64,000 nt of DNA from a virus: positions 22,115-86,114 of IMG/VR virus record IMGVR_UViG_3300022562_001969, one strand, 5' to 3'. The notes under the pieces were generated by a model. That model was not told the origin of the DNA. It worked only from the letters and a program-made list of their open reading frames with translations, and did no database searches. The position numbers and the translations under genes are program-made. This document shows positions 35,172 to 45,069 of this stretch, in pieces (within the stretch, counting starts at the first letter, position 1; each line of letters starts with the position of its first letter).

Positions 35172-36557
35172 TCAGCTCACCTCCAGATCATCAAAATAGG
35201 TGGCGTAGCTACCGGAGGTGGCTGTATTGTTGCTGACCAGTTCCACAATGAAATAGTCAGGCGTGGCCGCCGGCGTAAACGTATCGCTCAATTGGTTCCA
35301 GGCGCCACTTGACCCGACATCGGTCGTCGTCCGATCCGCTTGCCCCGGCTGCTTGATAATCATCTGGGGATTTGTGCCGGCGTAATTGGCCTCGCGTCGC
35401 ACGTAGACGCTAACCGTGGTGCTGATCGCCGCGCCGGCTGGCACAATGAATTGGCGACGGTCGGCGTCAGGCATTTGGGCGGCCGCCGTGCCACTGCGCA
35501 CCGTAGTGGTCTCCCGTTGGAAATCATTAAATTGGGTCGTCCCCCACGATTTCTTGGCCGAGGTGGTAGGCCGCGCTATGCCGAAAATATCGTCTGTCGC
35601 TTCACCTGTCCCCGCAATAGCGGCGATGGGTGACCATTCAGAAAGGGCGCTAAAAAACCAGGGGACCAATCTGAATTCAGCCAACAAAATGGGCAACGCG
35701 AAAAGCGGCGGGTAGGTCTGGCTATTCGAGCCGGTGGCTGTGTTGGCGCGGTCGGTGCTGTTGTTGAAAAAGGTATTGTAATCTTCAACGATATCGCCGG
35801 TGACTGTCCCCACGAGCGCCGTGTTATCGGTATTGGTGAAAATCGAATTATTGACGCTGGTGAATTGGCCGGCCCCGGTGCCGGCGGTGACGGTCACATC
35901 TATCCCATTACTCCCGGAAGCGAAAAAGAGACAATTCTTAAAAAGGGTATCGCCGATTCGGTCAATCCTGGCTATAGCGGCGGCAGAGGAGATGAAAAGG
36001 CAGTTTTCAATCAAATGGTTGGTCCCGGTCACCACCGAGGTGTGAGTTAGCCGGATATGATTGCCTGAACAACCAATGAAAACACATCGCCGGCAGGTGA
36101 AGTCACTTTGGCTCGCGCCGTCAACCCGGATGCTGGTGGCGGTGGCGCTGAAGGCGCAATCTTCTACGATCCAGTTGGTGCCATTGGTATTGTTAATGGC
36201 CGAGACCGAGGGCAGATCAAAATGAAACCCCCGGAAAGTGCGGTAGTCGAACGAGGTGCCGCTGATACAATTAGAGCGGGTGGTGGTTTGATCATCGTCT
36301 GATCCGGTTATCCTGACCACGCCCCCCACGCCATCGGTGTTAACCCCGCTGACATCGGCGATGTAAGTGATCGGGGAACCCGAAGAGCCGGAAACGTCAA
36401 CCGTCAACGTTTCCCGGTAGACGCCCGGCCCCACATATACCGTGTCGCCGGCGGTGACCGCAATATCTTCTACGCCGTTGAGTGTTAACTTTCTATTAGC
36501 CCAGCTAGTCCCCGAATTGCCGTTATTGCCTCCGGGTCCCACGAAGTAATCGGTCAC
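35172..36557 (-). CDS. Right-handed beta-helix protein with C-terminal carbohydrate-binding-like domain
   Basis: AGDTVYVGPGVYRE, IENCLF repeats, YFDDLEVS tail. Confidence 0.8.
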   Translation of the reverse strand: MTDYFVGPGGNNGNSGTSWANRKLTLNGVEDIAVTAGDTVYVGPGVYRETLTVDVSGSSGSPITYIADVSGVNTDGVGGVVRITGSDDDQTTTRSNCISGTSFDYRTFRGFHFDLPSVSAINNTNGTNWIVEDCAFSATATSIRVDGASQSDFTCRRCVFIGCSGNHIRLTHTSVVTGTNHLIENCLFISSAAAIARIDRIGDTLFKNCLFFASGSNGIDVTVTAGTGAGQFTSVNNSIFTNTDNTALVGTVTGDIVEDYNTFFNNSTDRANTATGSNSQTYPPLFALPILLAEFRLVPWFFSALSEWSPIAAIAGTGEATDDIFGIARPTTSAKKSWGTTQFNDFQRETTTVRSGTAAAQMPDADRRQFIVPAGAAISTTVSVYVRREANYAGTNPQMIIKQPGQADRTTTDVGSSGAWNQLSDTFTPAATPDYFIVELVSNNTATSGSYATYFDDLEVS

Positions 36558-36805
36558 GGACTATCCACTCCTGCGATTTCACGTAAAGCGGCCAACATCA
36601 GCTCGGTCAGATGTTGTTTAAGCCATTGGTTACTGATGGCCGGGTTGCCCAAAATGTTGGGGAACAAAATTGTCTGGCTGACGCTGCCGGGGGTACCATC
36701 ATTTTTAATCCACTCGATGAATAGATCGACTGAGTATTGATCAACCAGTACCTGGGCGCCGGTGGCCTGATAATTTTCTATGGTTACGTTGACATTGCGG
36801 GCCAT
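36554..36805 (-). CDS. Hypothetical protein
   Basis: Translationally coupled in the operon. Confidence 0.6.
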   Translation of the reverse strand: MARNVNVTIENYQATGAQVLVDQYSVDLFIEWIKNDGTPGSVSQTILFPNILGNPAISNQWLKQHLTELMLAALREIAGVDSP

Positions 36806-37095
36806 TATTTCTCCATCCCATAATCAATTAAGCGTCGCGCCCCTTCGGCCACGGCCAACCATTCTCGCAGCCGGGGCGGGGCAATGATAAAAACCAGCGC
36901 CAGCCAAAATGAAATGCAGTAAGGGCAGCTAAACCCCCGATAAATCCAGTGATCGGGGGGGTAATGGTCATAGATATAATTTCTAAGGCGGCCAAAAATA
37001 TCGGCCGGTCCATCCTCGGTCAAAATCATCCAGGTTAGCCGGTAAGCCGCCAGGACCGCCAAACAGAGGTCAAGCCCGCGTTGCATTACGTACAT
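36805..37095 (-). CDS. DUF1360-like membrane protein
   Basis: LAAYRLTWMILTEDGP...FSCPYCISFWLA. Confidence 0.75.
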   Translation of the reverse strand: MYVMQRGLDLCLAVLAAYRLTWMILTEDGPADIFGRLRNYIYDHYPPDHWIYRGFSCPYCISFWLALVFIIAPPRLREWLAVAEGARRLIDYGMEK

Positions 37096-40024
37096 CTCGC
37101 ACCGTAATCAACCCATCTTTCCCGGTGCCGGTGATGGTGTGCAGATCAATCCCCGCTTCCGTCGCCCGTTCAATGGCGGTCGGGGTGGCGTTAATCGTCC
37201 CATTGGTTTGGCCAATCTCTTCCGGCGGACTGGTGGCCACCGCCTCTTGACTGATAGCCTGATAATTGATGGCCACCGGCGGCGGTAAATTTGAGCTATT
37301 CGTCGCCGTTTGGGGCGTCTCCTCTACCCTCCACTCCCCGGTCGATTTTAACCGCTCAACGTCCGCCGGATCGGCGTCGATGTAGCGACCCACGGCGTTA
37401 TTGCCGCCGCGATAGGTTCGAGTTAATTTCACGCCGCCCACCCGGACATAATCTTTCGAGCCGGGGCGGCTGCCAACAAACTTCATTCTGGTCATGCTGT
37501 TCGTCTCCTGATTAGTTTCTTCTTCCAGCGCAGCCGCAGCCATCTGTCCCCAGATAGTCGCTTTTTTCGCCTTCAGCAATACATTCGCGCCATTACCACG
37601 GCATCCACAACTCATGATCTCATTCGCTCCTGTGTAATAGGCTTGATAGCGTTTTTTTAGGATTGGTAAAAGCTCTTTCATCTGCGAGGCGGCCCGGTCG
37701 CGCCGTTGACCGCTATAGTTGCGATAGACAAACGTTTCTACCGGCAACAAAACGCCACACACGCCATTAATGGCGCATTTAAGGGCAAAGTCCCAATCTT
37801 CCCAGCCGGGCAACGCCTCATCAAAGCCCCCCACCCCGATGGCGTCCTGCCGCCACATCAGCACATTCATGGCGTGCTGTCCGTGCCAATCGGTCTGGAC
37901 GTATGGCTTCAGGCGCTCGTGTTTCATCTTCCCCTGCGGGCTGACAGAGATGTAGTTGCTATAGATGTAGCGGCTCGCGCCGTGTTTGATGAACGCCTGC
38001 AAACTGTCGTGTAGAGCGTTTGAGAGTAGCCAGTCATCGCCATCCAAAAAATAAACCAACTCCCCCTTGGCGGCTTGCAGCCCCAGGTTACGGGCGTGAC
38101 CCGCCCCACGCGGGGCATTCTCTGTTTCCAGGATGGTGGCCCACTGGTGACCCGGCAGAGGTAACGGTCGCCCGGTGTCGTTAATAACGATGGCTTCCCA
38201 GTTGGTGACTGCTTGAGCGTGCAGGCTGTCCAGGGCGTCAAGGACATATTCACTATGCCCCGGGCCGACCGGGATGATAACGCTAATTAACGGGTCTTGT
38301 TGGTGGTCAATATTCCAACTTTTTATATCGGAGGGCGGCTTGGCCTGCGCTCCAAAGGGTACTAAGAGGGGCGGCGGCGTGAGCCGTTTGGCCATCGCTC
38401 GCGTGCCCTCATGATAATTCGAGGCCAGCCGCCAGCCATACCAGGCGCACCAGTCGCCATCACCATCCGCATATTTTTGGCGCTCTGTACTCCCTTTTGA
38501 ATCCGGGCGCAAGCGGTAAAAGATAGTGGGTTGATCAGTGACCTTTTTAGCCCGGAAGCCGAATGAGGTCAGCCGGCACCAGAGCGAGGCGTCTTCTGCT
38601 CGCCAATCACGCCGGCGATAGCCGCCTGAATTTTCAAGCGCTTCCCGGCGCATCAGAGCGCAATAAAAGGGCTGGTTGATGTGGGCCATTTGCGCCAGCC
38701 AGTTGAATTCATTGGCCTGGCTGATCTCGCTATGGAATGATTGGCCATCCTCACTCATCATCAGTAGATTGCCATAGGCGATGTGAATTGAGGGGTCTTT
38801 ATCCAGGGCCTCCATTAAGGGCAATAATCCGGCCGGCGTCAGCATATCATCCGCGTCCAGCGGGAAAACATACTCGCCGCTGCTAAACGAAAAGCCGAAA
38901 TTTCTGGCCCCGGAGAGACCCAGGTTATGCTCCGGCTCCCGGTAAATAAACCGCTCGTCCCTGGCGCAAAAGAGTCTGGCCACGCTGCGGGTGTCATCGC
39001 TTGATTTGTCATCAACGATAACACATTCCCAATTATCAAATGGCAGCCCCAGCACGCTGCTGAGACAGGCTTCCAGATAACGGCCCAGGTTGTAGCAGGT
39101 AACAATGATGGACACCTTGGGGCGGGGGGTGTTCGCGCGCGAACATTGTTCATGGAAAATATTCGCGTACTGTTCGATTTTATTGAGCCAGCCCCAGCGT
39201 TCGCGGACATCGGCCAGACAGTTGGCGCTCAGGCGATCCCTTTCAACCCAGGCGGTGTTGACCGCCTCGATCAGGGCGTCATAATCTTCAAACGGGACCA
39301 GGTAGCCGGTCTGGCCGGGGATGATAATCTCGGAGTTGCCCCCAAAATCCCAGCCGACCACGGGCACGCCACAGGCCATCGCCTCCAAGGTGCCAATGCC
39401 AAACGTCTCCCGGGCGGTTGATAGATATAGCCCGGCTTCCTGGATGTAGGGTTTCATCTGCTGGTAAGGCTGCGGGCCGATCACCTTGATATTGCCGGCT
39501 GTGCGCGGGCCAATCGTGGAGACAAAGGTTTGTTTGGGGAGTCGTTGGGCCAGATTGATCATCTGATTGACATTAGAAACGACATCCGAGCGGGCTTTAT
39601 TCCACAGGATATAGCCGCCATTATTACCGGGCGCCCATTCGTCCGGATCGACGCCATGATGGATGGGCCTGACCGGCCGGTAAATGCCCCGCCGCAACGC
39701 CCTCGCGACCCAATGAGAAGGGGCGGTCACTATTTTCGCCCGAACCATATTTTCGATGACCATCTGATTGGCCAGATAACAATCAGGCGGCCAATCGTAA
39801 TTGGACCAATAGAGGCCGTGACAGGAAGCGACCAGGGGCTTATGGGGCGGGTAATCAACCAGGTCGCCGGCGTGGCAATTGATAACATCGGCCTCGTCTG
39901 GCTTATCAACCACTTCTACCTCGAAAATAGGCAGGTATTTGCGCTGGGCTTCAATTACCCGGCGGATGCCGCCATCAGCCCGATCCGGGTTTTTTAATTG
40001 GGGAGAGATGTATACTTTGGTCAT
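37070..40024 (-). CDS. Multidomain glycosyltransferase (GT4 + GT2 + GT2) with C-terminal E3-binding (PSBD)-like domain
   Basis: ETFGIGTLEAMACGVPVV; VSIIVTCYN...LDADD; ISVIIPV...FLDGDD; ATPTAIERATEAGIDLHTITGTGKDGLITVRDV. Confidence 0.92.
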   Translation of the reverse strand: MTKVYISPQLKNPDRADGGIRRVIEAQRKYLPIFEVEVVDKPDEADVINCHAGDLVDYPPHKPLVASCHGLYWSNYDWPPDCYLANQMVIENMVRAKIVTAPSHWVARALRRGIYRPVRPIHHGVDPDEWAPGNNGGYILWNKARSDVVSNVNQMINLAQRLPKQTFVSTIGPRTAGNIKVIGPQPYQQMKPYIQEAGLYLSTARETFGIGTLEAMACGVPVVGWDFGGNSEIIIPGQTGYLVPFEDYDALIEAVNTAWVERDRLSANCLADVRERWGWLNKIEQYANIFHEQCSRANTPRPKVSIIVTCYNLGRYLEACLSSVLGLPFDNWECVIVDDKSSDDTRSVARLFCARDERFIYREPEHNLGLSGARNFGFSFSSGEYVFPLDADDMLTPAGLLPLMEALDKDPSIHIAYGNLLMMSEDGQSFHSEISQANEFNWLAQMAHINQPFYCALMRREALENSGGYRRRDWRAEDASLWCRLTSFGFRAKKVTDQPTIFYRLRPDSKGSTERQKYADGDGDWCAWYGWRLASNYHEGTRAMAKRLTPPPLLVPFGAQAKPPSDIKSWNIDHQQDPLISVIIPVGPGHSEYVLDALDSLHAQAVTNWEAIVINDTGRPLPLPGHQWATILETENAPRGAGHARNLGLQAAKGELVYFLDGDDWLLSNALHDSLQAFIKHGASRYIYSNYISVSPQGKMKHERLKPYVQTDWHGQHAMNVLMWRQDAIGVGGFDEALPGWEDWDFALKCAINGVCGVLLPVETFVYRNYSGQRRDRAASQMKELLPILKKRYQAYYTGANEIMSCGCRGNGANVLLKAKKATIWGQMAAAALEEETNQETNSMTRMKFVGSRPGSKDYVRVGGVKLTRTYRGGNNAVGRYIDADPADVERLKSTGEWRVEETPQTATNSSNLPPPVAINYQAISQEAVATSPPEEIGQTNGTINATPTAIERATEAGIDLHTITGTGKDGLITVRDVRNATRA

Positions 40025-40025
40025 T

Positions 40026-41264
40026 TTACACCGCCACCAGGTTGTAGTCCCAGGAAGCCGTTATATTCGTGTCTGTATCTGACACGCTAATCACCGCCAG
40101 CCTGATATTAGTTAAGGCGTCAAACACAAGCCCACTTTCCGGCTTGTTTAGGGGGCTGCTGGTAGTAATCTCGAAATTTCGCTTGGTTATCCAGGAGCCG
40201 CCACTGATTCGCGACTGTAATTCAATGTTGGCGCTTCCAGGCAGGCCATTGGCCCGGGCGCAGTAGACGAAAAGTTGTTTGATCTGGTATTTCATCCCGG
40301 CAGGAACGGTATCTGTCGCTTGCTGCGTTTGCCCTTTGCCGGGGGGAATGTAGGCCAGAACGGTAGATAAGTCATTGGGGACGCCACCGGTGTGGGCGTT
40401 TTGGGTATTGAGATAGACGTGCCCCACATTTATATTTTCATTGCTAACGACCAACCGGTTGCTATCCAGTCCTGTTACCCCCAGGCTGACCGCCGTCTGA
40501 CCATTAAGGTTGACTGTTATTGTCTGCCGGTTCCCGTCGCTATCCAGATAATACACATCCACATCCACATCGGTGTCGCTGCCGCTACTGGAGGATAGAT
40601 AAAGCGATTGGGCGCTGGTCGGAAAGGTTTTTCTGTCAACCCGATTAGCCAGGTTATCATCGGCCAATCGCCATGCGTCCACGGTATTGTCCGCCGCGTC
40701 CAGAAATTTCACTCCACCGAATTTCTCATCTTCCAAGATACCACCAATGCGTCCCAGCGCCAGGTCTACTGACGTAGGCACCGAGCGCACAATGATAGCG
40801 TCCGCGTCTGCGGCAATGCTCAGATTCAGGGGGGCGTTCCCTTGCCGAAACATTCCCCAAAATGTACTCAGGGAGAAACTTCCCTGAGCTACGGAACCAT
40901 TGAGAAATCGCACCCGGGTGGGGCGTGGCAGTTTAACCGCCGTGTGGAATTCCGGTGTGTTCGCCGCCACCGAAAAACCATTTGTCGGGAAGGCTCGCCA
41001 GGAGCCTCCCTCATCTTGAAACTCAAAAAACAGCGTGCCATCCTGGTCGGCCACGCAAAAAACGCCAATATCAGGATAGCCATTCTCTTCACCCTCGCCG
41101 GTAAATTCACCATCAGATCCCAAAATAGTCGTACTGCTATTAGCCGTAGATTTGATACCGGTTTGGCCAATCTGGGACAAGTCCAGCGAAACGGGCACTG
41201 ATATATCGGCGGCGGCTGAGGCGATATGAATAGGCGTGGCGGCAGCCCCTATTAGTTTTGCCAT
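40026..41264 (-). CDS. Hypothetical beta-rich virion-associated protein
   Basis: 412 aa, coupled in the operon. Confidence 0.55.
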   Translation of the reverse strand: MAKLIGAAATPIHIASAAADISVPVSLDLSQIGQTGIKSTANSSTTILGSDGEFTGEGEENGYPDIGVFCVADQDGTLFFEFQDEGGSWRAFPTNGFSVAANTPEFHTAVKLPRPTRVRFLNGSVAQGSFSLSTFWGMFRQGNAPLNLSIAADADAIIVRSVPTSVDLALGRIGGILEDEKFGGVKFLDAADNTVDAWRLADDNLANRVDRKTFPTSAQSLYLSSSSGSDTDVDVDVYYLDSDGNRQTITVNLNGQTAVSLGVTGLDSNRLVVSNENINVGHVYLNTQNAHTGGVPNDLSTVLAYIPPGKGQTQQATDTVPAGMKYQIKQLFVYCARANGLPGSANIELQSRISGGSWITKRNFEITTSSPLNKPESGLVFDALTNIRLAVISVSDTDTNITASWDYNLVAV

Positions 41265-41893
41265 CAGTAGCTCCTCTCCGCGCCAATATGGCCGAATAGG
41301 CCCCAGGTGCCTATATCAATCGGAATCAGGATGTCAGGACCTTTTCTTTGCTGCACCCGGGTGTCATAAGCCACCTCGGTGTCGCCCGGTTTTAGGCCGG
41401 TCGGGTAATCGCCATAGGCCTGGTGAAAGCGGTTGTGACGCAGGGAGGGGTTACCGGAGAAATAATAAGCCGGCCCTTTTTGTAGTTTGAGATAGACCTG
41501 CGCGCCGTCGCCAACGATTTGGCCCTGCAACCCGACCGGGATGCGACCCAGCCGGATCATACCCACGTCAGACTGGTTAATGAGCGCCTGCTCATAATGG
41601 CTGGGATTAAAGGGGCGATCTAATACCCAATCATCCTCCAGCCACATGGTCACCGGGTCGTGTTTGGCTGATTCCCGCCAGGCGATATTGGCCAGCGCCC
41701 CGTACCCGATGCGAGACGAATAAAGGCTGATCATATCAAAACCGATTTCTGTTTCCAGCGCCTTGAGGTGATCAATCGGGCTACCATCGTCAACCACCAG
41801 CCAACGGGCCGGATAATCCAGCCGCTCCTTAATGGCCCGGATGGTGGCCAGAGCGTAAGCGGTGCGAGCGTAGGTTTGCAGGATGATGATCAT
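41264..41893 (-). CDS. GT2 glycosyltransferase
   Basis: WLVVDDGS, MWLEDDW. Confidence 0.85.
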   Translation of the reverse strand: MIIILQTYARTAYALATIRAIKERLDYPARWLVVDDGSPIDHLKALETEIGFDMISLYSSRIGYGALANIAWRESAKHDPVTMWLEDDWVLDRPFNPSHYEQALINQSDVGMIRLGRIPVGLQGQIVGDGAQVYLKLQKGPAYYFSGNPSLRHNRFHQAYGDYPTGLKPGDTEVAYDTRVQQRKGPDILIPIDIGTWGLFGHIGAERSY

Positions 41894-42795
41894 TGCTCCA
41901 CCTCTGCCAGCAGTGAACTGAATTCCGCCGCAGTTAGCCGGGGCGCTTCCAGGGAGGTGTAGGAGTGGCCGATTTCGCCCTGCCGGCCCCGATGAATGAT
42001 AAAACAATGGTTGTATTCAGTAGCCGCTTCATCCGGTGATAGCAGCCATTCGTGCAACCGTTCCATCGAACGCAGGCCAATCTCGGTGATAGGGGGATCT
42101 TCATCGCCGCCGGTTACCAGGCGAATCATATCCAATAGCGGCAAAGCCTTGACCTTTGGGATCAGGATGGACCCATTGTCGCTGTTAAAAGCCCGCATTA
42201 CCACCTCAACGGCCTGGGCCGGTGACATCCAAAAACGGGTCATCCGCCGATCGGTCACGGTGAGCGGATAGCCCTGCGCGTGTTGTTGCCGCCAGAGGGG
42301 GATGACCGACCCCCGGCTCTCCAAAACGTTGCCATAACGGACCAGTTTGAATTGGCAGCCACTGTCCAACGTCTGGCTCTGGAAAATTCGTTCCATCATT
42401 AGCTTGCTGGCCCCGTAGACAGTGACCGGCTGGCAGGCTTTGTCCGTACTGATGCCGATGCACTGTTCCACGCCATACATCGCGCAGGCCCGGGCTACAT
42501 ATTCAGAGCCGATTACATTGACCTCATGGCACATGCCCGGTTGGGCTTCACATTCAGGGATACGTTTCATCGCCGCCGCATGAATGACGATGTCGTGCCC
42601 GGCTACCGTGGCCGCGATCAGATCCCGGTCGCGCACATCTCCCAGGACGTAACGGCACTGGGGATATTGCTGGCGCATCCGGGCTTGCAGTGATTCTGAC
42701 CGGCTAAAAATAGTGAGCTGGTAGGACTCATACAGCCGTTTGACCAAAGCTTGGCCCAGGGTGCCGGAGCCGCCGGTAATTAGTATCTTTTTCAT
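41890..42795 (-). CDS. NDP-sugar 4,6-dehydratase (PseB/CapD-like)
   Basis: ITGGSGTLG, HAAAMK, ISTDKA, YGASK, VRYGNV, MTRFW. Confidence 0.92.
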   Translation of the reverse strand: MKKILITGGSGTLGQALVKRLYESYQLTIFSRSESLQARMRQQYPQCRYVLGDVRDRDLIAATVAGHDIVIHAAAMKRIPECEAQPGMCHEVNVIGSEYVARACAMYGVEQCIGISTDKACQPVTVYGASKLMMERIFQSQTLDSGCQFKLVRYGNVLESRGSVIPLWRQQHAQGYPLTVTDRRMTRFWMSPAQAVEVVMRAFNSDNGSILIPKVKALPLLDMIRLVTGGDEDPPITEIGLRSMERLHEWLLSPDEAATEYNHCFIIHRGRQGEIGHSYTSLEAPRLTAAEFSSLLAEVEQ

Positions 42796-43388
42796 GCGGA
42801 CGGCTCTCCTCTGACAAAGACCTGTAAATTGGCCGGCAGATGGTGCATCGGGCCGGTTGTCATTGTCCACAAGGCGGCCAATCTGATGGTCGCGTCACTA
42901 TGATAGGTCATCCCCAGTTCACTAAATTTTTCTCGCCATTTGAAGGGAGGCGTCAGGTTGACGTGATTGTCACCTTGTTGCCCGGGCAACGCGGCGGTGA
43001 AAATCAGCCAGCCGCCGTTATCAATGATATGATCGACGATGGACCGGCAAAAAATGTCCGCCGCCGCTTCGGGTAAATGTTCGGCCACCTCGATAGAGGT
43101 GACCAATTGAAACTTCCGCTCCAACTTCAAGGGGCGACGCAAGTCGTGAATGATGTCGGGGGGGGTGGCGATTACATCGACCCCGACCGCATCCACGCCG
43201 CAAGCGCGGGCCAGGCGGACCATTGCCCCGGAGCCGCAACCGAAGTCGATATAAGTTTCCGGTCGCCCCAGTAACGCCCAGATGGTTAGTAGCGCCCGCC
43301 GGTTCCAAAGGTCGAACTCGGTCAAGGCCTGGCGGCGCGTGGCCGCGCTCTGCGCGTCTGGCTCATAATAATCTTTGACTTTATTCAC
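42792..43388 (-). CDS. SAM-dependent methyltransferase
   Basis: IDFGCGSG, SIEVAEHL, FTAALPGQQGDNHVN. Confidence 0.88.
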   Translation of the reverse strand: MNKVKDYYEPDAQSAATRRQALTEFDLWNRRALLTIWALLGRPETYIDFGCGSGAMVRLARACGVDAVGVDVIATPPDIIHDLRRPLKLERKFQLVTSIEVAEHLPEAAADIFCRSIVDHIIDNGGWLIFTAALPGQQGDNHVNLTPPFKWREKFSELGMTYHSDATIRLAALWTMTTGPMHHLPANLQVFVRGEPSA

Positions 43389-43503
43389 AATCCTGTCTCC
43401 TGTGTGGTTTATCAAATGATTAATCCCCCCTTTGGTCGAACTGTGTAGGGGGGACGGGAGCCACCCCGTCCCCCACCACACAGGAGGGATCTAACCATAA
43501 TGG

Positions 43504-45024
43504 TTAGCTAACGGGCGGGAAATAGCTGGGCCCGAAACCGATATAGTCAGTCCGGCCGCCGTCAACAAAGTAGGCGGCGTCAGTGAACGGCTCACGCTCG
43601 TGGATCAGCGGCTGGTAGGCCACGTTTTGCAACCGGGCCGCCAGATACGGCGTCTCCAACATCAGGCGCGGTTGCACCCAGCCCGCGATTTGGATACACA
43701 TATTTTGCGGGAAATACCGATGGAAGAGATACCGGCCATTCACCGTAGTTTCGTAGACGCCGGGAGGGGCCAGGAGGCGAGCGCCCTGCATCGGGCCGTT
43801 TGGCCGGTCGAAATTGGCGTACTCCATATAGGTGGCCAAATTCCCGTCTTCGGAAATCGGGGCGTTATTGCCGCCGCCGCGCACGGTGAAGGGCACAAAA
43901 TAGATGTCGCTGGAAAACACGCCCGGTGTCACTTCAGTTTCAGTGGGACAGTCGTCAATGATGACCGGCACCCGTTGCCCGTCAATGAGCAGATATTGGC
44001 CGGTCCGGCTCAGTTGGTCGCCCCGCATTTCGTCAGTCATTCTGTTCAGCTCTTCCCGGCTGGAATTAGCCCGATTGGTGCTTTGGCCACCGGAGATCAG
44101 GTCGCAGCGATATGTCTGATACCCGCAAGGCCAGACAGCGGTCAGTTCGTAGAAGAGCCCCCAGCGCATCGCCAGGCGGATATCGGCCGGCGCCAGCCCG
44201 GCCCGGCCGGCGATATATTGCAGGTTGCGGTAGATGTAGGTGATCTCGACGACAATGTCTTCCGCGCTCTGGGCATTGATCGAGATATTGCCGTTGTTGA
44301 AATCGCGCACAATACTGTCGGCCGCCGGACAGGCTTGGCCGGTGACTGCGTCCTGATAACCGGTGTTAATCAACAGGTCCAAACCGCGATAATATTCGCG
44401 GCCACTGGCGCCGGTCACGCCGCTATTGTTGGCCGGATCGCCGGTGTAGACATCACAGGCGAAATCGCGGAGCATGGCCACAGCCAGCTCGAACATCAGC
44501 TTGCCAAATTCGGTATTGATTAATTGGGCGAAATCGCTGGAGCCAGGGGTAACCGGGGCGGGCACATCGGCCGCCGAGAAGGGGTCTCCCACCAGCATCA
44601 TATCAGTGAATTCCCCCCGGTTGGTCACCAAACCAAACCGGTCCAGCCGTATCTCGCGTGACTTCCGGCCGCCCCAGCCAAACGTCCGCACTTGGGTGCA
44701 GATTTTGGACGCGCCGGCCACGGGGGGATCATCGCAGCGAGTCGCCGGTTCGTCGCCGGTGGTGGCGGTTACCCCGGTGAAAATGCCGGTCAAGGGATCG
44801 GTCTCGTTGGAGTTGCGGGCCGGCAGATGGGCCATTAAGCCCAGGCCGGGCAAGATCATGGCGTTGGCCAGGCCGGGCCGTAACCCCAGCGGGCTCAACA
44901 GCCCGCCAGGACCGTGCGCGTAAATGTTGGAGGGAGTGCCTGACGGTCCTTTGTAAGTCATCCCTCCGGCCAGTTTTAAGGCCAGTTGTTCGGCCAGACG
45001 GGCGTAATCAATTTGCGTAATCAT
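43504..45024 (-). CDS. Major capsid protein
   Basis: Directly after the protease/scaffold, AAGGAG RBS, downstream GC hairpin. Confidence 0.8.
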   Translation of the reverse strand: MITQIDYARLAEQLALKLAGGMTYKGPSGTPSNIYAHGPGGLLSPLGLRPGLANAMILPGLGLMAHLPARNSNETDPLTGIFTGVTATTGDEPATRCDDPPVAGASKICTQVRTFGWGGRKSREIRLDRFGLVTNRGEFTDMMLVGDPFSAADVPAPVTPGSSDFAQLINTEFGKLMFELAVAMLRDFACDVYTGDPANNSGVTGASGREYYRGLDLLINTGYQDAVTGQACPAADSIVRDFNNGNISINAQSAEDIVVEITYIYRNLQYIAGRAGLAPADIRLAMRWGLFYELTAVWPCGYQTYRCDLISGGQSTNRANSSREELNRMTDEMRGDQLSRTGQYLLIDGQRVPVIIDDCPTETEVTPGVFSSDIYFVPFTVRGGGNNAPISEDGNLATYMEYANFDRPNGPMQGARLLAPPGVYETTVNGRYLFHRYFPQNMCIQIAGWVQPRLMLETPYLAARLQNVAYQPLIHEREPFTDAAYFVDGGRTDYIGFGPSYFPPVS

Positions 45025-45069
45025 AGTGTTCTTTACTCCTTAAAATCTGATTAGATCACAGAAATTTGT

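Noticed and set aside
36805-37095. Lysis cassette
   Set aside because: No endolysin recognised; a holin role for the DUF1360-like protein is unsupported
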